Part shown: positions 13,866 to 27,347 of the stretch, piece after piece | How positions within the stretch are numbered: position 1 is the stretch's first letter | Layout of the letters: every line of letters starts with the position of its first letter | Assembly: GCA_964016885.1 (NCBI GenBank) | Contig: OZ024742.1 | Coordinates: forward strand, 81,592,001-81,656,000 | Length of the DNA: 64,000 bases | Reading direction: 5' to 3' | From: Eledone cirrhosa | Taxonomy: Eukaryota | Translations under genes and position numbers: made by a program | Notes under the pieces: model-generated | The model's input: only the letters and a program-made list of their open reading frames with translations | The model's database searches: none | What the model was told of the DNA's origin: nothing

Positions 13866-13910
13866 AAATAAAGGATTATGAGTTCATGCAATTGACCTAG
13901 GTTTCGTCAC

Positions 13911-13978
<68 letters not shown>

Positions 13979-14031
13979 TATATATATATATATATATACA
14001 CACACACATACACACACATACACAAACACAT

Positions 14032-14130
<99 letters not shown>

Positions 14131-15499
14131 TACATACATATGCATACATACATATATCTATATATGCATACACATCAAGTTGTTTTGGGTGATATGTTTC
14201 TATGTTGAGTTTTTAGTACTTCACACATATACTCCTGCGCATATAAAATTTTATATATTCATGCGAAAATATAATACTTATTTATGAAGGAAAAAAATTC
14301 TATCGGAAAAAATGTCATTATGGATTTGAAATGAAAAATGTATTCATGTATTTTTCATTTCCCGAAAGTGTTGGAAGACATACTTATTCCGTAATTCTCC
14401 TAGCAAATAAAATAAATTAGTTGAATATAACGAAACCGTTCCTAACGATGCCTTTTGATAAATAAAGTGCAAAATAAAATAAATATATGCACGTAGATCT
14501 CCGATAATCGCTGATAGCATCAAGAATCGGCTAGCTTGAAAGAGTGAGTATTATTTTCAAATAACACGAAAAAAAAAATAATACTTCTCAATATACATTT
14601 TGCTTCGAATTTCTCTGCGTATTAATGTGAGTGTAACTACAATGTTCTTCAGCTTTATCTGCAAATGCAGAGAGATTACATACACAGTAAAAGAAACATA
14701 CCCTGGATCTAATCACATATACATTTTGTTTTGTATGTTCCTCACCTTGTATGAACTTTACAAATTCAGAGAACGGATCGTTTTACCATTTGTAAAGTTT
14801 TCCTTTGGTAGTTATTTCTGTCATGATAATGACGACATAGATAGTGTTGTTTCTACTGTTGATAATCACAATGATGACGATAATGTTAATAGTATTAATA
14901 ACAATAAATTCATCCCGGCCAAAAGAAGAAAATGGTGGAGTCGGGTGATAGAATTTTTGTCGAACCCTGTAGTACTACCAGGCGAGAGATTTCTTGAAAT
15001 GTAGAGTCCCGGAACCACGGGCATTCTGTAATAGATTGGTCAATTTATCTTAGTCGACACCTAGAATTTCTTCTTCGATAATTTCGCCGTATTTGCCCAA
15101 CAATAGTTCACTGCAGAATGATAACATGGATTTTTCCTTAAATGTTTTTCCCATTTGTTAGAAAGCTGTGGAAAAATGAAATATGTCTGCTGCCTGTCGC
15201 ATAGTCTCGTTCTTTGTGTCAGCCGATTCTTCAGTCCAACATGAGGAATGTGCCACGAAAATGCCCTTCATATAGAAGGTAACTACACCTGTTCAGAGGT
15301 AAGACATATGCCTTATGTTCTCTTCAACTCTGAGCACTGAGTTTAAATACGTTTGCAAAATATGACCCGTCTGACAACTCGAAAAGCGTCTAGTCTACAA
15401 AAGAAAAATAGAAGATTTTCCATTATGGTGAGATACATTTTTAAACAGGGTAAAACAGGCGGCTGGTAACATATGACGGAAGCAATGTACGCGTTGGCT

Positions 15500-16400
15500 T
15501 CTCTGTCCAACATTTCCTGAAAAGCTTTTTCTCAGGCTATTTCTGGATGAGACTGACTAGCTAGCCACCTCGGCCCATCTCTTATGTATGTTGTGGCATG
15601 ACTAAACCAGAACCCAAGTAATCTACTCACACCGTTTGATTAGCGCTAGTTGTATAATGCATTTGCCAGTATATCACCGTATATATCTAACACTCCTGAT
15701 AATGTCCGTAGGTTAAGCCATCTGAAACTCTGTATTTTCGTCTTGAACAAATATTAAGAAAACTGGTTTTATTGGAGGTCTTAAGATTTCGGCGTAGGAA
15801 CTGCAGTATACGACTGTCCTAAAATGTATGCAAAATACCACATTATTACTTCCCATATCTGCGTGAAATCGATCACCACACACATCATGATCCATAAAAG
15901 ACCGACCTACATTTTTTGCCAAGCAGCGATTCGTCTCTCTCTCCTAACAGCTTCCATTCACTCGTGTCAAAGAACACCAGTCATAGTTTAGAAAACGCAA
16001 ATTGTGTCTTCCGTATTAAATACATTTTCCTTTGCGATATTGTATCTAATCAGCTATTTGATTCTATTTATTACCTCATCCTCTGTTGCTGCTAATTTGT
16101 TGAAAGCTATTATTTCAAATTTCACCGCTTTTTGGAGAGAGCAACACCAGTTGCTGTCACCAAAAGCCCATTACCTAAGTTTTACGGGTGTGGAATGACA
16201 CAAAAGTTTTCCATTAAACAGATCTCTGTTCACGACTTCTCTCTTAGTCATTCGTGCTGATCATAACATCGTGGCGTGTGTATGACGCGTTTGTAATTGA
16301 GAAAAAAACAACTGCTATCCCTATCGGCTTTCCTGATTAAAAAGCTACCTATTTATTATATAGATCGCATCATACACCCAGCCTTTTCCCCTCGCAATGC
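15500..16400 (-). mobile_element. Possible highly decayed pogo/Tigger-type transposase remnant
   Basis: Minus-strand translation IRYNIAKENVFNTEDT resembles the Y..ENIFNADET DDE motif, followed by an ADMGS segment. Many stops; boundaries uncertain. Confidence 0.25.
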
Positions 16401-17322
16401 TGTTCGAGAGATGTAGTCGATAGTTTTCAAATTGCCTTTATACAAGTTTTTTCTATATTATAATTTTGCAACCCCTAATCCATCAGCAAGGTGCACACCG
16501 TCATCAAAGAGCATTAACATGCAAACTTTCCAAGAATTGATTCCTGTACGTATTTGACCGTTGTTCAATGTCAGGGCATAGACACCCATCAGGCGGCGAG
16601 CACAACTTTCGATATCTTTCACGTTGAAGATTACTAATTATCATCTAGCTCTAGAGTTGTCTACGATACCTTGTTTTCCCGGCTGTTCCAAAACAAAACT
16701 GCTCGCTCATCCATAAGGAATGACCTGAAGGCGTAGACCATGCAATCCTTTACTTGGTAATTCTAGGCAAAGTGTATTCATGCATACTAAACTTATTCTT
16801 GAAAACCAAAAAGCAGGGAAGACCATAAATATTTCAGAGATGAATGTTTAGAATATGACAAAAAACTGATAGTATATTTTGTCAACCCGGAAGGATAATA
16901 GGGAGACCCAAGCAAAATTTGAGGTCGTTGATCTATTAAGTTATGCAAAATGATGCTGATAGGTTATGACGGGGGTGATCATTTTTTCAGTATTTGCGTC
17001 AATAGGAACTAGACATGGCTACCTTAGCCATTGTATTTGGATTATCCATGAACAACAAATGTTCGCTATATTATGTTTACGAGCACTAGAGATACGTATC
17101 TATTTTGATTTTCTTTTAGTTTCTAAAAGTGATATAGTGAAAGTTCGTGTGGTTTTCAAGGACACTAGCTTCCAGTTGTAAAGTAAGACTAAACTGCGAG
17201 AGGAAAAGATCATGTATATGTATATTTGGCTCCATTATGAGCGTATGTAGGCATGTCAAAATGTATTTCCCTCTCATTTATCTTTACATCTATCCATGTC
17301 TCTCTCTGTATATAAGTGTGTG

Positions 17323-17486
<164 letters not shown>

Positions 17487-18185
17487 AATTATTTGCACAG
17501 ATAAAAATGAAAATAAATACATAAGAGTACATTTTTGTCTTTAATAGTTGATAAAATAACCGAGCTCAGTATTCAACTTCAGCAAATCAATACGCAAGTG
17601 TAAAGTGGCTAACAGCATAAAGATTCCAAAAGTTTATATTTGCAATTTAACTTTAAAAAATGCTTAAAATACCAAATAGTCATGGCGGTTGTGTAATTAA
17701 ATAGCTGTTAATTTTAATTGGCAAATACTGTTCAGGGTTCAATCTCCCCGGAAGATGAAAAATATTTTTTTCCCTCGCTTTTGCCAACTATATTTATAGC
17801 CTCCTTTTGCTTCACTGACTTGTTCAACAGTTTCTTTTGTAGTGGGAAATGATTTGATTTCTCAGATGGTCTTATGATAATTCGATTAAAAAAGAGCGTT
17901 TTCCAGAAAATATTCAATATTAACTCAACCGACGGCTACAGTCTCATTTAGATGTATACGTGGCTAAATGCAATACACTCGTTTACACCTGTTGCATGTG
18001 ATAATGAATCAAGAAGGCTTTGCCAGCAGACCCTATCCAATAGGTAATTGATATTTTGCTGGCCAGCGGAGCGTATGAACTTTCGTTTCACAAATATGAT
18101 CGCCAAAGTCGACCTGTGCTCTTCAGAAGTATTCATAGAATTTTGCACGAACAGATAAATCGAAAATTAGCTTTCAGTCCCACAA

Positions 18186-19121
18186 TCTATATATATAAAA
18201 CTGTGGTTGTCTGTCTGTCTATCGGTTTTTGGCACACATCTCCTCTTAGAATCTCTGACGGAATTGCACCGAAATTGCTATACTTGTACATTGAGCCCTA
18301 GCGAAGACATCGGAAAAAAAATATTTCAAATTGACCCACCCTATGTGACGAAATCGAATATAATGTATCGATTTTTGAGCGTAAGTTATCAGTTATTTCC
18401 CTTTGTTCTGTTTACATTGAGCGTCTTACGTAAAAAGTTACGCTGGCGTTCTCAGCGTTTAAAATGACATTAACACAATACACGAACAGACAGTTGTCGA
18501 GCCAGCAAAATATTGACCTGCAAAATTCATCAGTTCGAACACTAAGCTTCCGTTTTGCTTCATTTCCATTTAAAAGCATTTTAAAACAATATTTTTACTT
18601 GAAAACAAGTCTATTTAAAGACTACGTAAAACAAGCAAATATTTCGTCGTTAGGCGTGCAGACAGACAGTCGTGCAGAGAGGTGATATACGCGTGCAGAC
18701 AGACAGTCGTGCAGAGAGGTGATATAGGCGTGCAGACAGATAGTCGTGCAGAGAGGTGATATAGGCGTGCAGACAGACAGTCGTGCAGAGAGGTGATATA
18801 GGCGTGCAGACAGACATAACTGATAATTTGGTTACGCTAATGTTTTTCTCTGCGTTGCAGTGTTTACATTTTCGATCTTTGTTAATAAATAACCAGTGCA
18901 GTTTCTATCCCCAGCATCCTCTTTTGTTATAACATTCGGGTTATCGTTATGTTTTCTTAACTTCATAAGGCATATTGTTGGTTGAGGGAATATTAATAAA
19001 AAAAACAACATGCAAGTCTGCACAGTAGACACTACAGTTTTTAAGCCAAGAAAGAAACGTAACATTGTAACTTTAACACAGCTACTGAGCGACCCCGAGC
19101 AACGCCGGGCTTTACTGCTAG
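18186..19121 (+). mobile_element. Non-autonomous Helitron, family A
   Basis: 5' TCTATATATATAAAA after A; 3' hairpin cccgagcaacgccggg then CTAG before T; no TSD. Near-identical copy at 24251-25237(-). Confidence 0.9.
18651..18815. repeat. 37-bp minisatellite inside the Helitron
   Basis: Unit ataggcgtgcagacagacagtcgtgcagagaggtgat, about 4.5 copies; also at ~24556-24770. Confidence 0.9.
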
Positions 19122-19212
<91 letters not shown>

Positions 19213-19448
19213 GTGTGTGTGTGTAGGTGTATGTGTATGTGTGTGTGTATGTATGTGTGTGTGTGTGTGTATGTTTGTGTATGTGTGTCTGTGAAGTTAT
19301 ATCAGTATATCCAGATTTTATAACAGAAATAGTGTCAACGTGTATATAAATATATGTATACATTTCTGATGCATAAACATAAAAACATGCCGTAAAACTG
19401 AAATTACATATATGTATATATCTATATCTATCTATCTATCTATATATC

Positions 19449-19542
<94 letters not shown>

Positions 19543-19746
19543 TATACATAATGTGTCAAAGAGATTTATTTGATTTCATAAAATCGTGCAGTAACATGTG
19601 CAATATATATCTGAATATCTTGTTTCATTTCTCTTTATAATTCAATGAATTTCTAAAAAAGTTACAACTTTTACATGTGTGCTTCATGATGATGATTTTT
19701 TTATACACCCTATATATATATATGTGTGTGTGTGTGTGGGGGGGGA

Positions 19747-19806
<60 letters not shown>

Positions 19807-20922
19807 TCTCTGTCTGTGGAAACGGCAGAGGGTAAGTAGATATTTGTCAGACAGAGCATACATTTTCTACAATATCACAGCCCTAATTTCACCATCCCTA
19901 AATGTGATCCCTTGCATGACCCCTTTAATAACTCTTGTGATATCAGTCTTCGGGATATTAGTCGTCCCTAGATGAATCTTAATGAAGATCGGTATGTGTT
20001 GTGAAAGGTTTTTTAAATATCATCATGTATTCTCTCCTCATCGTCATAATCCATCTCTATTAAAAGTTGAACACTAGACGTGGATTCAATGTTGTTTACA
20101 TTTGAGGAAGTCGGCAAATCTCTTACAATAAGTTTTTGTTTATCTAAAGTTGGTATTCATGATAAACGCAACGTTATCCGATGTTGTTACCTAAGAAAAC
20201 GCTACTGCTTTTGCTGAATCCTTTTGTTGCATATTGTGCAGTGAGTGTATTAAGAACGACACTTTACTCGGATAACATGTTAAAACAGCTGACGGAAACA
20301 GTAGTTTCTCATTCCTCATTTATCTGCTGCAGTAGCAACAGCCGACCTGAACAATCGCCCCCATGAATCAGCCTCATTATTGTGTTCAAGATTTCTCTGA
20401 ATTAAGATGAAGTAATAATCTCATGATACCCCTTACCAGCGCTTCACACCTTATCGTGTAGGTCGCACTGGATCTATTGGTTTTACGGGTCTGTTTCTTT
20501 ATTTTCATATTAAAAGAGGTTAAACATTTTTGGCAGTGTAGTTTATTGAAAGTTGGTGTCATAATTGTGGGCAGTATTTGTGTTTGGGAGCAAAATATAT
20601 ATGGTATGAAATGTGAAAATACAAAGAAATTTCATGTTACATATTTAAGAAAGTTCACAGTTTATATAAAATGAAGATTTATGAAAGTACGAATGGGAGA
20701 GACGGACAGAATTTACTAGAAGTATTTAAAATAGTTTGTTCCAGATAAATGTTCTGGTTAAGTTAAATGTTTCGGTTAGAATGAAAACTATATTGCTAAT
20801 ATTTGTAAATAAGCATGTTCATGAATGTAAAAGTTTTAACGGGGAGGGCAAGCGGAGGCAAAGTGTGTTAGATATTTATTATAAACACTCATACACACAC
20901 ACACACATACACACACACACAC

Positions 20923-21014
<92 letters not shown>

Positions 21015-21163
21015 ACATATATATATAACTATATATATTATATATGAATTTATATATAATATATATATATATATTATATATGAATTTATATATATATATA
21101 TATATATACATATATGTACATATATATATATAGAAGTGGTTATACAACAGTTAGTTCACCATA

Positions 21164-21203
21164 GCGAGAACAATTGTTTCACCTTAGCGGATCCTCAGCT
21201 CGG
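21164..21203 (-). ncRNA. Minimal type I hammerhead ribozyme motif
   Basis: Minus strand reads ccgag CTGAGGA t-cc-gctaa-gg-t GAAA caattg TT ctcgc; palindromic stem III ACAAUUGU. Confidence 0.65.
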
Positions 21204-21290
21204 AATGGGCATGGTTATAAGAACAGGAAGGACAACCGCGCGATGTGCGTTCGTACGGTTGTCAAGCCTGTTCCTATGACCATGCCCATT

Positions 21291-21330
21291 CCGAGCTGAG
21301 GATCCGCTAATGTGAAACAATTGTTCTCGG
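21291..21330 (+). ncRNA. Minimal type I hammerhead ribozyme motif
   Basis: ccgag CTGAGGA tccgctaatgt GAAA caattg TT ctcgg; 5-bp stem I, weak stem II. Confidence 0.6.
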
Positions 21331-21857
21331 TATGGTATATATATATATATATATATATGAGTGTGTGTGTATGTGTGTGTGTGTGTGTATGTGTGTGTGT
21401 GTCCATGTATGTGTCTGTGGCTGTGCATAAACAAATTAATATCTGTTAGATGCACAGATATTTCAAGCAATGTAAATATTGGATAAATCATGAATAATTT
21501 GACGTTTTGTTTTTTGTTGAAATTCTTTTCATCGTTATCATTTTACAAAAAGTTACAATCATAACGCTATCTGATATGGTTTTTCATTAGAGATTTATTA
21601 CTGAATGTACTGTGTTTATATCTGTCTGCAATACCTACGCTTTTATTACATGGTAATGAATAAAATCGCGATCAAGCTGTACACATTTTGTAATAAATAG
21701 GACTGACAGTATTGATGTTTAGTAAGATAAAGGTAACCAGAAGTTGCTAACGTGTCTACACGCCGCAATATATGCAACCAATTATATATATACGCTTACA
21801 ATCAAGCACAAACACATACATTCACATACACATAACGTATGTCTGTAAATTAATAGG

Positions 21858-21889
<32 letters not shown>

Positions 21890-22209
21890 CATACACACAC
21901 ACACACACACATACCCCCCCCACACACACATATATATATATATACGTACAGGCTTTTGTTTGATTATTTCTGAGGATATTTTCATATATTCATATTCAAC
22001 CCCTCTTCCATCCCATTCAGGAAGATGTATGTAACAAATATAACGTATATTTAATAACTCGATTGCAATGTTTGTCAGTAATGTTATGCAGGAAACACAC
22101 ACAGGGTACATTAACACAGGCACAAACAAACATACCTGTATATTTAATCAAGTTCATAACTGTGTACACTTCGGTATTGGATGCATACATATAAATACTC
22201 ACACGCACG

Positions 22210-22251
<42 letters not shown>

Positions 22252-22346
22252 TAGATAGATTTATTTATTTGTGTTTACACACACATATATATATATATAT
22301 AAACACAATGACACAAACACACACATCTATATACATACACTCACTC

Positions 22347-22380
<34 letters not shown>

Positions 22381-22416
22381 TTATATATTATATATATCTA
22401 TATACATATATATCTA

Positions 22417-22570
<154 letters not shown>

Positions 22571-22903
22571 ATTAATACTCTTGCCTCTGCATGTAAGTGT
22601 TTACGTATTCATATCAAGTTTGTATCATAATTTCACAAGCCGCAAAAGTATCGTTTTCTTCCTTGTAACATGTTATTGTATTATGTTGCCAGGGAGACTG
22701 CACAATATTATTCTTTATTCTGCATATTCTAGCCTGTAACATTTTTTATTGAATTTACTGTTCAGTTCCTAGCTGAAATTGAAATATTACCTATATAAAT
22801 ACATACATATCGGTATTTACAGATATGGCAAAAAAGACATACATTGCAGCACACATTCATACACATATACCATAAGACACACACACACACACACACACAC
22901 ACA

Positions 22904-22964
<61 letters not shown>

Positions 22965-23287
22965 GACATGGTTACTTGTATACGCATAACAATACATATG
23001 TGTATACCAAAAGAAAGAAATACGCTAAACTGGTATTTTTCTTTTATACTGCTACATTGGAGCGTATGAGGATGCATATTCTGGCTTTTTATATGTATTG
23101 TAATATGTATTCAACATAGGCAATATAACCACCACCGTCTAAAATAAAACTATCTCTACACCTATCGTCGTCATCATATTGCAAACTATTCATTCGTGTG
23201 CCAGTGTCGTACTGTCTGAAAGATATTAAATGTTATTTTGTCTCAACCGTATAATTAGTCAGTTCAAATGCCAGAGCCAATCATATG

Positions 23288-23345
<58 letters not shown>

Positions 23346-23452
23346 ATACACATTTCCTATCTCCAAAGAAATACAGTTTTAGGAAGCCGTAGATATGCAA
23401 ACAACGTGCGGCTGACGCCCTCTCGTGATGTTCAGCAGAAGCAACGGCGACA

Positions 23453-23496
23453 ACCGTCTATGCATTTCAGGCTTAACTGGCCTTCGTCAGGACGGT
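23453..23496 (-). ncRNA. Intact minimal type I hammerhead ribozyme
   Basis: Minus strand reads accgtc CTGACGA aggc-cagttaa-gcct GAAA tgca TA gacggt: 6-bp stem I, 4-bp stem II, full core, palindromic stem III AUGCAU, AUA cleavage triplet. Confidence 0.88.
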
Positions 23497-23665
23497 CCCT
23501 CCTACCGCTTGCGACTGCTGGACCAGAAGACAGCCGAGAATATATACATTTCTCGGCTGTTTAAATGAGGTGATGAATCTAATTTGCATATGAAGCTGCA
23601 TTAGTTGGCTCATCTTATAATAAAAAAGAAATAGGATTTCAATTCAAGCATAGCTTTATACAATA

Positions 23666-24250
23666 CTAGCAGTAAAGCCCGGCGTTGCTCGGGGTCGCTC
23701 AGTAGCTGTGTTAAAGTTACAATGTTAAGTTTCTTTTTTGGCTTAAAGTCTGTCAGCACGACTGTCTGTCTGCACGCCTAACGAAATTTACAGATACATA
23801 TATTTTAAATAAACTTATATAATATTTGCTTTTTTTTACGAAATATTTGCTTGCTTTACGTAGTCTTTAAATAGACTTGTTTTCAAATAAAAATATTGTT
23901 TTAAAAAGCTTTTAAATGGAAATGAAGCAAAACGGATGCTTAGTGTTCGAACTGATGAATTTTGCAGGTCAAAATTTTGCTGGCTCGACAACTGTTCGTG
24001 TATCCTAACAGAACGTAAGACTCTCAATGTAAACAGAACAAAGGGAAATAACTCGTCACTTACGCTCAAAAATCGATACATTAGATTCGATTTCGTCACA
24101 TAATGTGGGTCAAATATTTTTTTTCCGATGTCTTCGCTAGGGCTCAATGTACAAGTATAGCAATTTCGGTGCAATTCCGTCAGAGATTCTAAGAGGAGAT
24201 GTGTGCCAAAAATCGATAGACAGACAGACAACCACAGCTTTATATATATA
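23666..24250 (-). mobile_element. Non-autonomous Helitron family A, internally deleted, tandem partner
   Basis: Same 3' hairpin and CTAG; lacks most of the minisatellite and 3' interior; abuts the next copy directly. Confidence 0.85.
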
Positions 24251-25237
24251 CTAGCAGTAAAGCCCGGCGTTGCTCGGGGTCGCTCAGTAGCTGTGTTAAA
24301 GTTACAATGTTAAGTTTCTTTCTTGGCTTAAAAACTGTAGTGTCTACTGTGCAGACTTGCATGTGGTGTTTTTGATTAATATTCCCTCAACCAACAATAT
24401 GCCTTATGAAGTTAAGAAAACATAACGATAACCCGAATGTTATAACAAAAGAGGATGCTGGGGATAGAAACTGCACTGGTTATTTATTAACAAAGATCGA
24501 AAATGTAAACATTGCAACGCAGAGAAAAACATTAGCGTAACCAAATTATCAGTTATGTCTGTCTGCACGCCTATATCACCTCTCTGCACGACTATCTGTC
24601 TGCACGCCTATATCACCTCTCTGCACGACTGTCTGTCTGCACGCCTATATCACCTCTCTGCACGACTGTCTGTCTGCACGCCTATATCACCTCTCTGCAC
24701 GACTATCTGTCTGCACGCGTATATCACCTCTGCACGACTGTCTGTCTGCACGACTGTCTGTCTGCACGCCTAACGACGAAATATTGGCTTGTTTTACGTA
24801 GTCTTTAAATAGACTTGTTTTCAAGTAAAAATATTGTTTTAAAATGCTTTTAAATGGAAATGAAGCAAAACGGAAGCTTAGTGTTCGAACTGATGAATTT
24901 TGCAGGTCAATATATTGCTGGCTCGACAACTGTCTGTTCGTGTATTGTGTTAATGTCATTTTAAACGCTGAGAAAGCCAGCGTAATTTTTTACGTAAGAC
25001 GCTTAATGTAAACAGAACAAAGGGAAATAACTGATAACTTACGCTCAAAAATCGATACATTATATTCGATTTCCTCACATAGGGTGGGTCAATTTGAAAT
25101 ATTTTTTTTCCGATGTCTTCGCTAGGGCTCAATGTACAAGTATAGCAATTTCGGTGCAATTCCGTGAGAGATTCTAAGAGGAGATGTGTGCCAAAAATCG
25201 ATAGACAGACAGACAACCACAGTTTTATATATATAGA
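24251..25237 (-). mobile_element. Non-autonomous Helitron family A, full copy
   Basis: Reverse complement of 18186-19121, with TC and CTAG termini. Confidence 0.9.
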
Positions 25238-25497
25238 TGTATAAATATTTCGTATCTCCCCCCACGGTGTTTGCATAGCTACGGTTTCCTAAAATTGTAT
25301 TTCTTTGGAGATACGAAATATTTATACATATTGTATGAAGCTATTCTTGAAGCGAAATCCTATTTCTTTTTTTTTATAAGTTGAGCCAACTTATGCAGCT
25401 TCATATACAAATGAGATTAATCACCTCATTTACAAAGACGAGAAAAATATATATTATTGCCTGTCTTCTAGTCCAGCAGTCGCAAGCGGTGGGAGGG

Positions 25498-25541
25498 ACA
25501 GTCCTGACGAAGTCCAGTTAAGCCGGAAATGCATAAACGGT
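25498..25541 (+). ncRNA. Decayed copy of the 23453-23496 hammerhead
   Basis: acagtc CTGACGA agtc-cagttaa-gccg GAAA tgca TA aacggt; core intact, stems I and II mismatched. Confidence 0.65.
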
Positions 25542-25689
25542 TGTCCCCCTTGCTTCTGCTGGATATCACCAGAGGGCGTTAGCCCCACGGTGTTTTCATA
25601 TATACGGCTTCCTAACACTGCATTTCTTTGGAGATACGAAATATTTATACATACTGTATAAAGCTATGCTTGAAGCGAAATCGTCTTTC

Positions 25690-25774
<85 letters not shown>

Positions 25775-27064
25775 CGTGTGTGTGCGTGTGTATGTGTGGG
25801 TGAATGTGTGTTTGTGCGTATGTGTGTGTGTATGTATCATCTCAAATAAAATCTTTATATTTCACATAGGATAGACAAACCCCAAATCGTGCTTTAGTAT
25901 CAGCTATTGGGATAACTTCAAGTAAACTTATTATTTTTCTACCTTCAAACGTCATCACACTCTAAATGTTTCCTAACGTGAGATAAGCAAAATAGATCTT
26001 ATACTCACTGCATGTCAAGTCTAGTCTGAAACAGTTATGAATAACACTCTGTTCAATTCTATAAGCATTGTTTGTACCTCCAATCGTAAAACTGAACGCA
26101 AATTGTGAAATCAACAAGATAAGGGGATTGTTCGTCATATCATCTCCGGCCGCTTACACCCTGACATGTCGGATCATAAACACAGATAAACCGAGTTGTC
26201 AGCTGTATCCATCATTCGTTCCATATTTTGTGTTTTCGCAGTATTGATTTTCTTTCTAACCATGCATATATTGGCATCAGACTTATCAAGTATAAGTCAT
26301 AGCTCACCTTCTGTCGTGTTACGTAACATCATGTCGATGACTGAAAAGAAAATGCACAATTATAGATCTACTGTTACGTGAATATTTTTCGAAATAACTT
26401 GGAACAACTTGGACATATAACTGTACTTGAAATGTTAAAAGATTTATGTATATAAAAAAACAGTATATTAGATTGATATAACATACACAGAGTATAGAAA
26501 CTTCATCTGATTCCACATCAATACATATTATGCAACGAAATAGTTCTGTTAGGAACAACCTCCATCAGCATGCTGAAGACGTTATTGATTCAATAGCAGA
26601 GATTAAATACAAGAGTTTTCTCACAAAATACTCATCCTATAGGATAATCAAATAATGAAATTATGATTGAAAATGTTAAAATATTCATGTGAGAATATAT
26701 TTTTATTAAGGAGTTTTCAAACTTTTAATTGTAAAGAAATATACCACAATAATGCAGCTGATTGTGAGAATAATATTTAAAAAAATATAATATTGATTTT
26801 AAAAAAGTCATATTTCAGGGACAATTTATGTTATGACTATGCAAAATAAAGTTAAACTACAAATACATGCTTAAGAACAGCACAATCTATCTAAGGAAGA
26901 AATATATAGACTTATTCTCATTTGAAAATGGAAACATATTGAATTGGTAGCCAATACACGTTGATTCACAGATTATATATTCGAAACAAATATGTAAATT
27001 TGCTTATATTTAATAAGATCTACATTGTGTATAGAAATTGGTCGTGGAATGAATTAATTATTAA

Positions 27065-27145
<81 letters not shown>

Positions 27146-27305
27146 CACACACATACACACACACATACATATATACACACACACATACACCCACCCACCC
27201 ACACATACATATATATACACACACAGAGATACACAGATACACACACACACAGATACACACACACAATAATATATATATTTATGTAGGTATGATTGGATGT
27301 ATGTG

Positions 27306-27347
<42 letters not shown>

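Larger units (their letters stand above)
21158..21336. repeat. TA-embedded foldback element with a hammerhead motif in each arm
   Basis: accatagcgagaacaattgtttc...aagaacagg pairs with cctgttcc...gaaacaattgttctcggtatggt. Confidence 0.9.
23349..25690. mobile_element. Retrozyme/Penelope-pLTR-like insertion: 323-bp monomer as ~1.05 minus-sense plus ~1.3 plus-sense copies, interrupted by Helitrons
   Basis: Direct repeat offset of 323 bp (25261 vs 25584, and 23352 vs 25247 after removing the 1572-bp Helitron block). One hammerhead per monomer; TA tracts flank. Confidence 0.8.

Noticed and set aside
18207-18685. ORFs recurring at 18.2, 23.8 and 24.7-25.3 kb
   Set aside because: They recur only because the non-autonomous Helitron is repeated; no Rep/helicase motifs.
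18651-18815. Regular repeat array resembling CRISPR
   Set aside because: Contiguous 37-bp units with no unique spacers, inside a Helitron, and no cas genes.
26568-26612. CTGAAGA followed by a stem (gttattg/caatagc)
   Set aside because: No GAAA and no convincing stem I; may be chance or too decayed.
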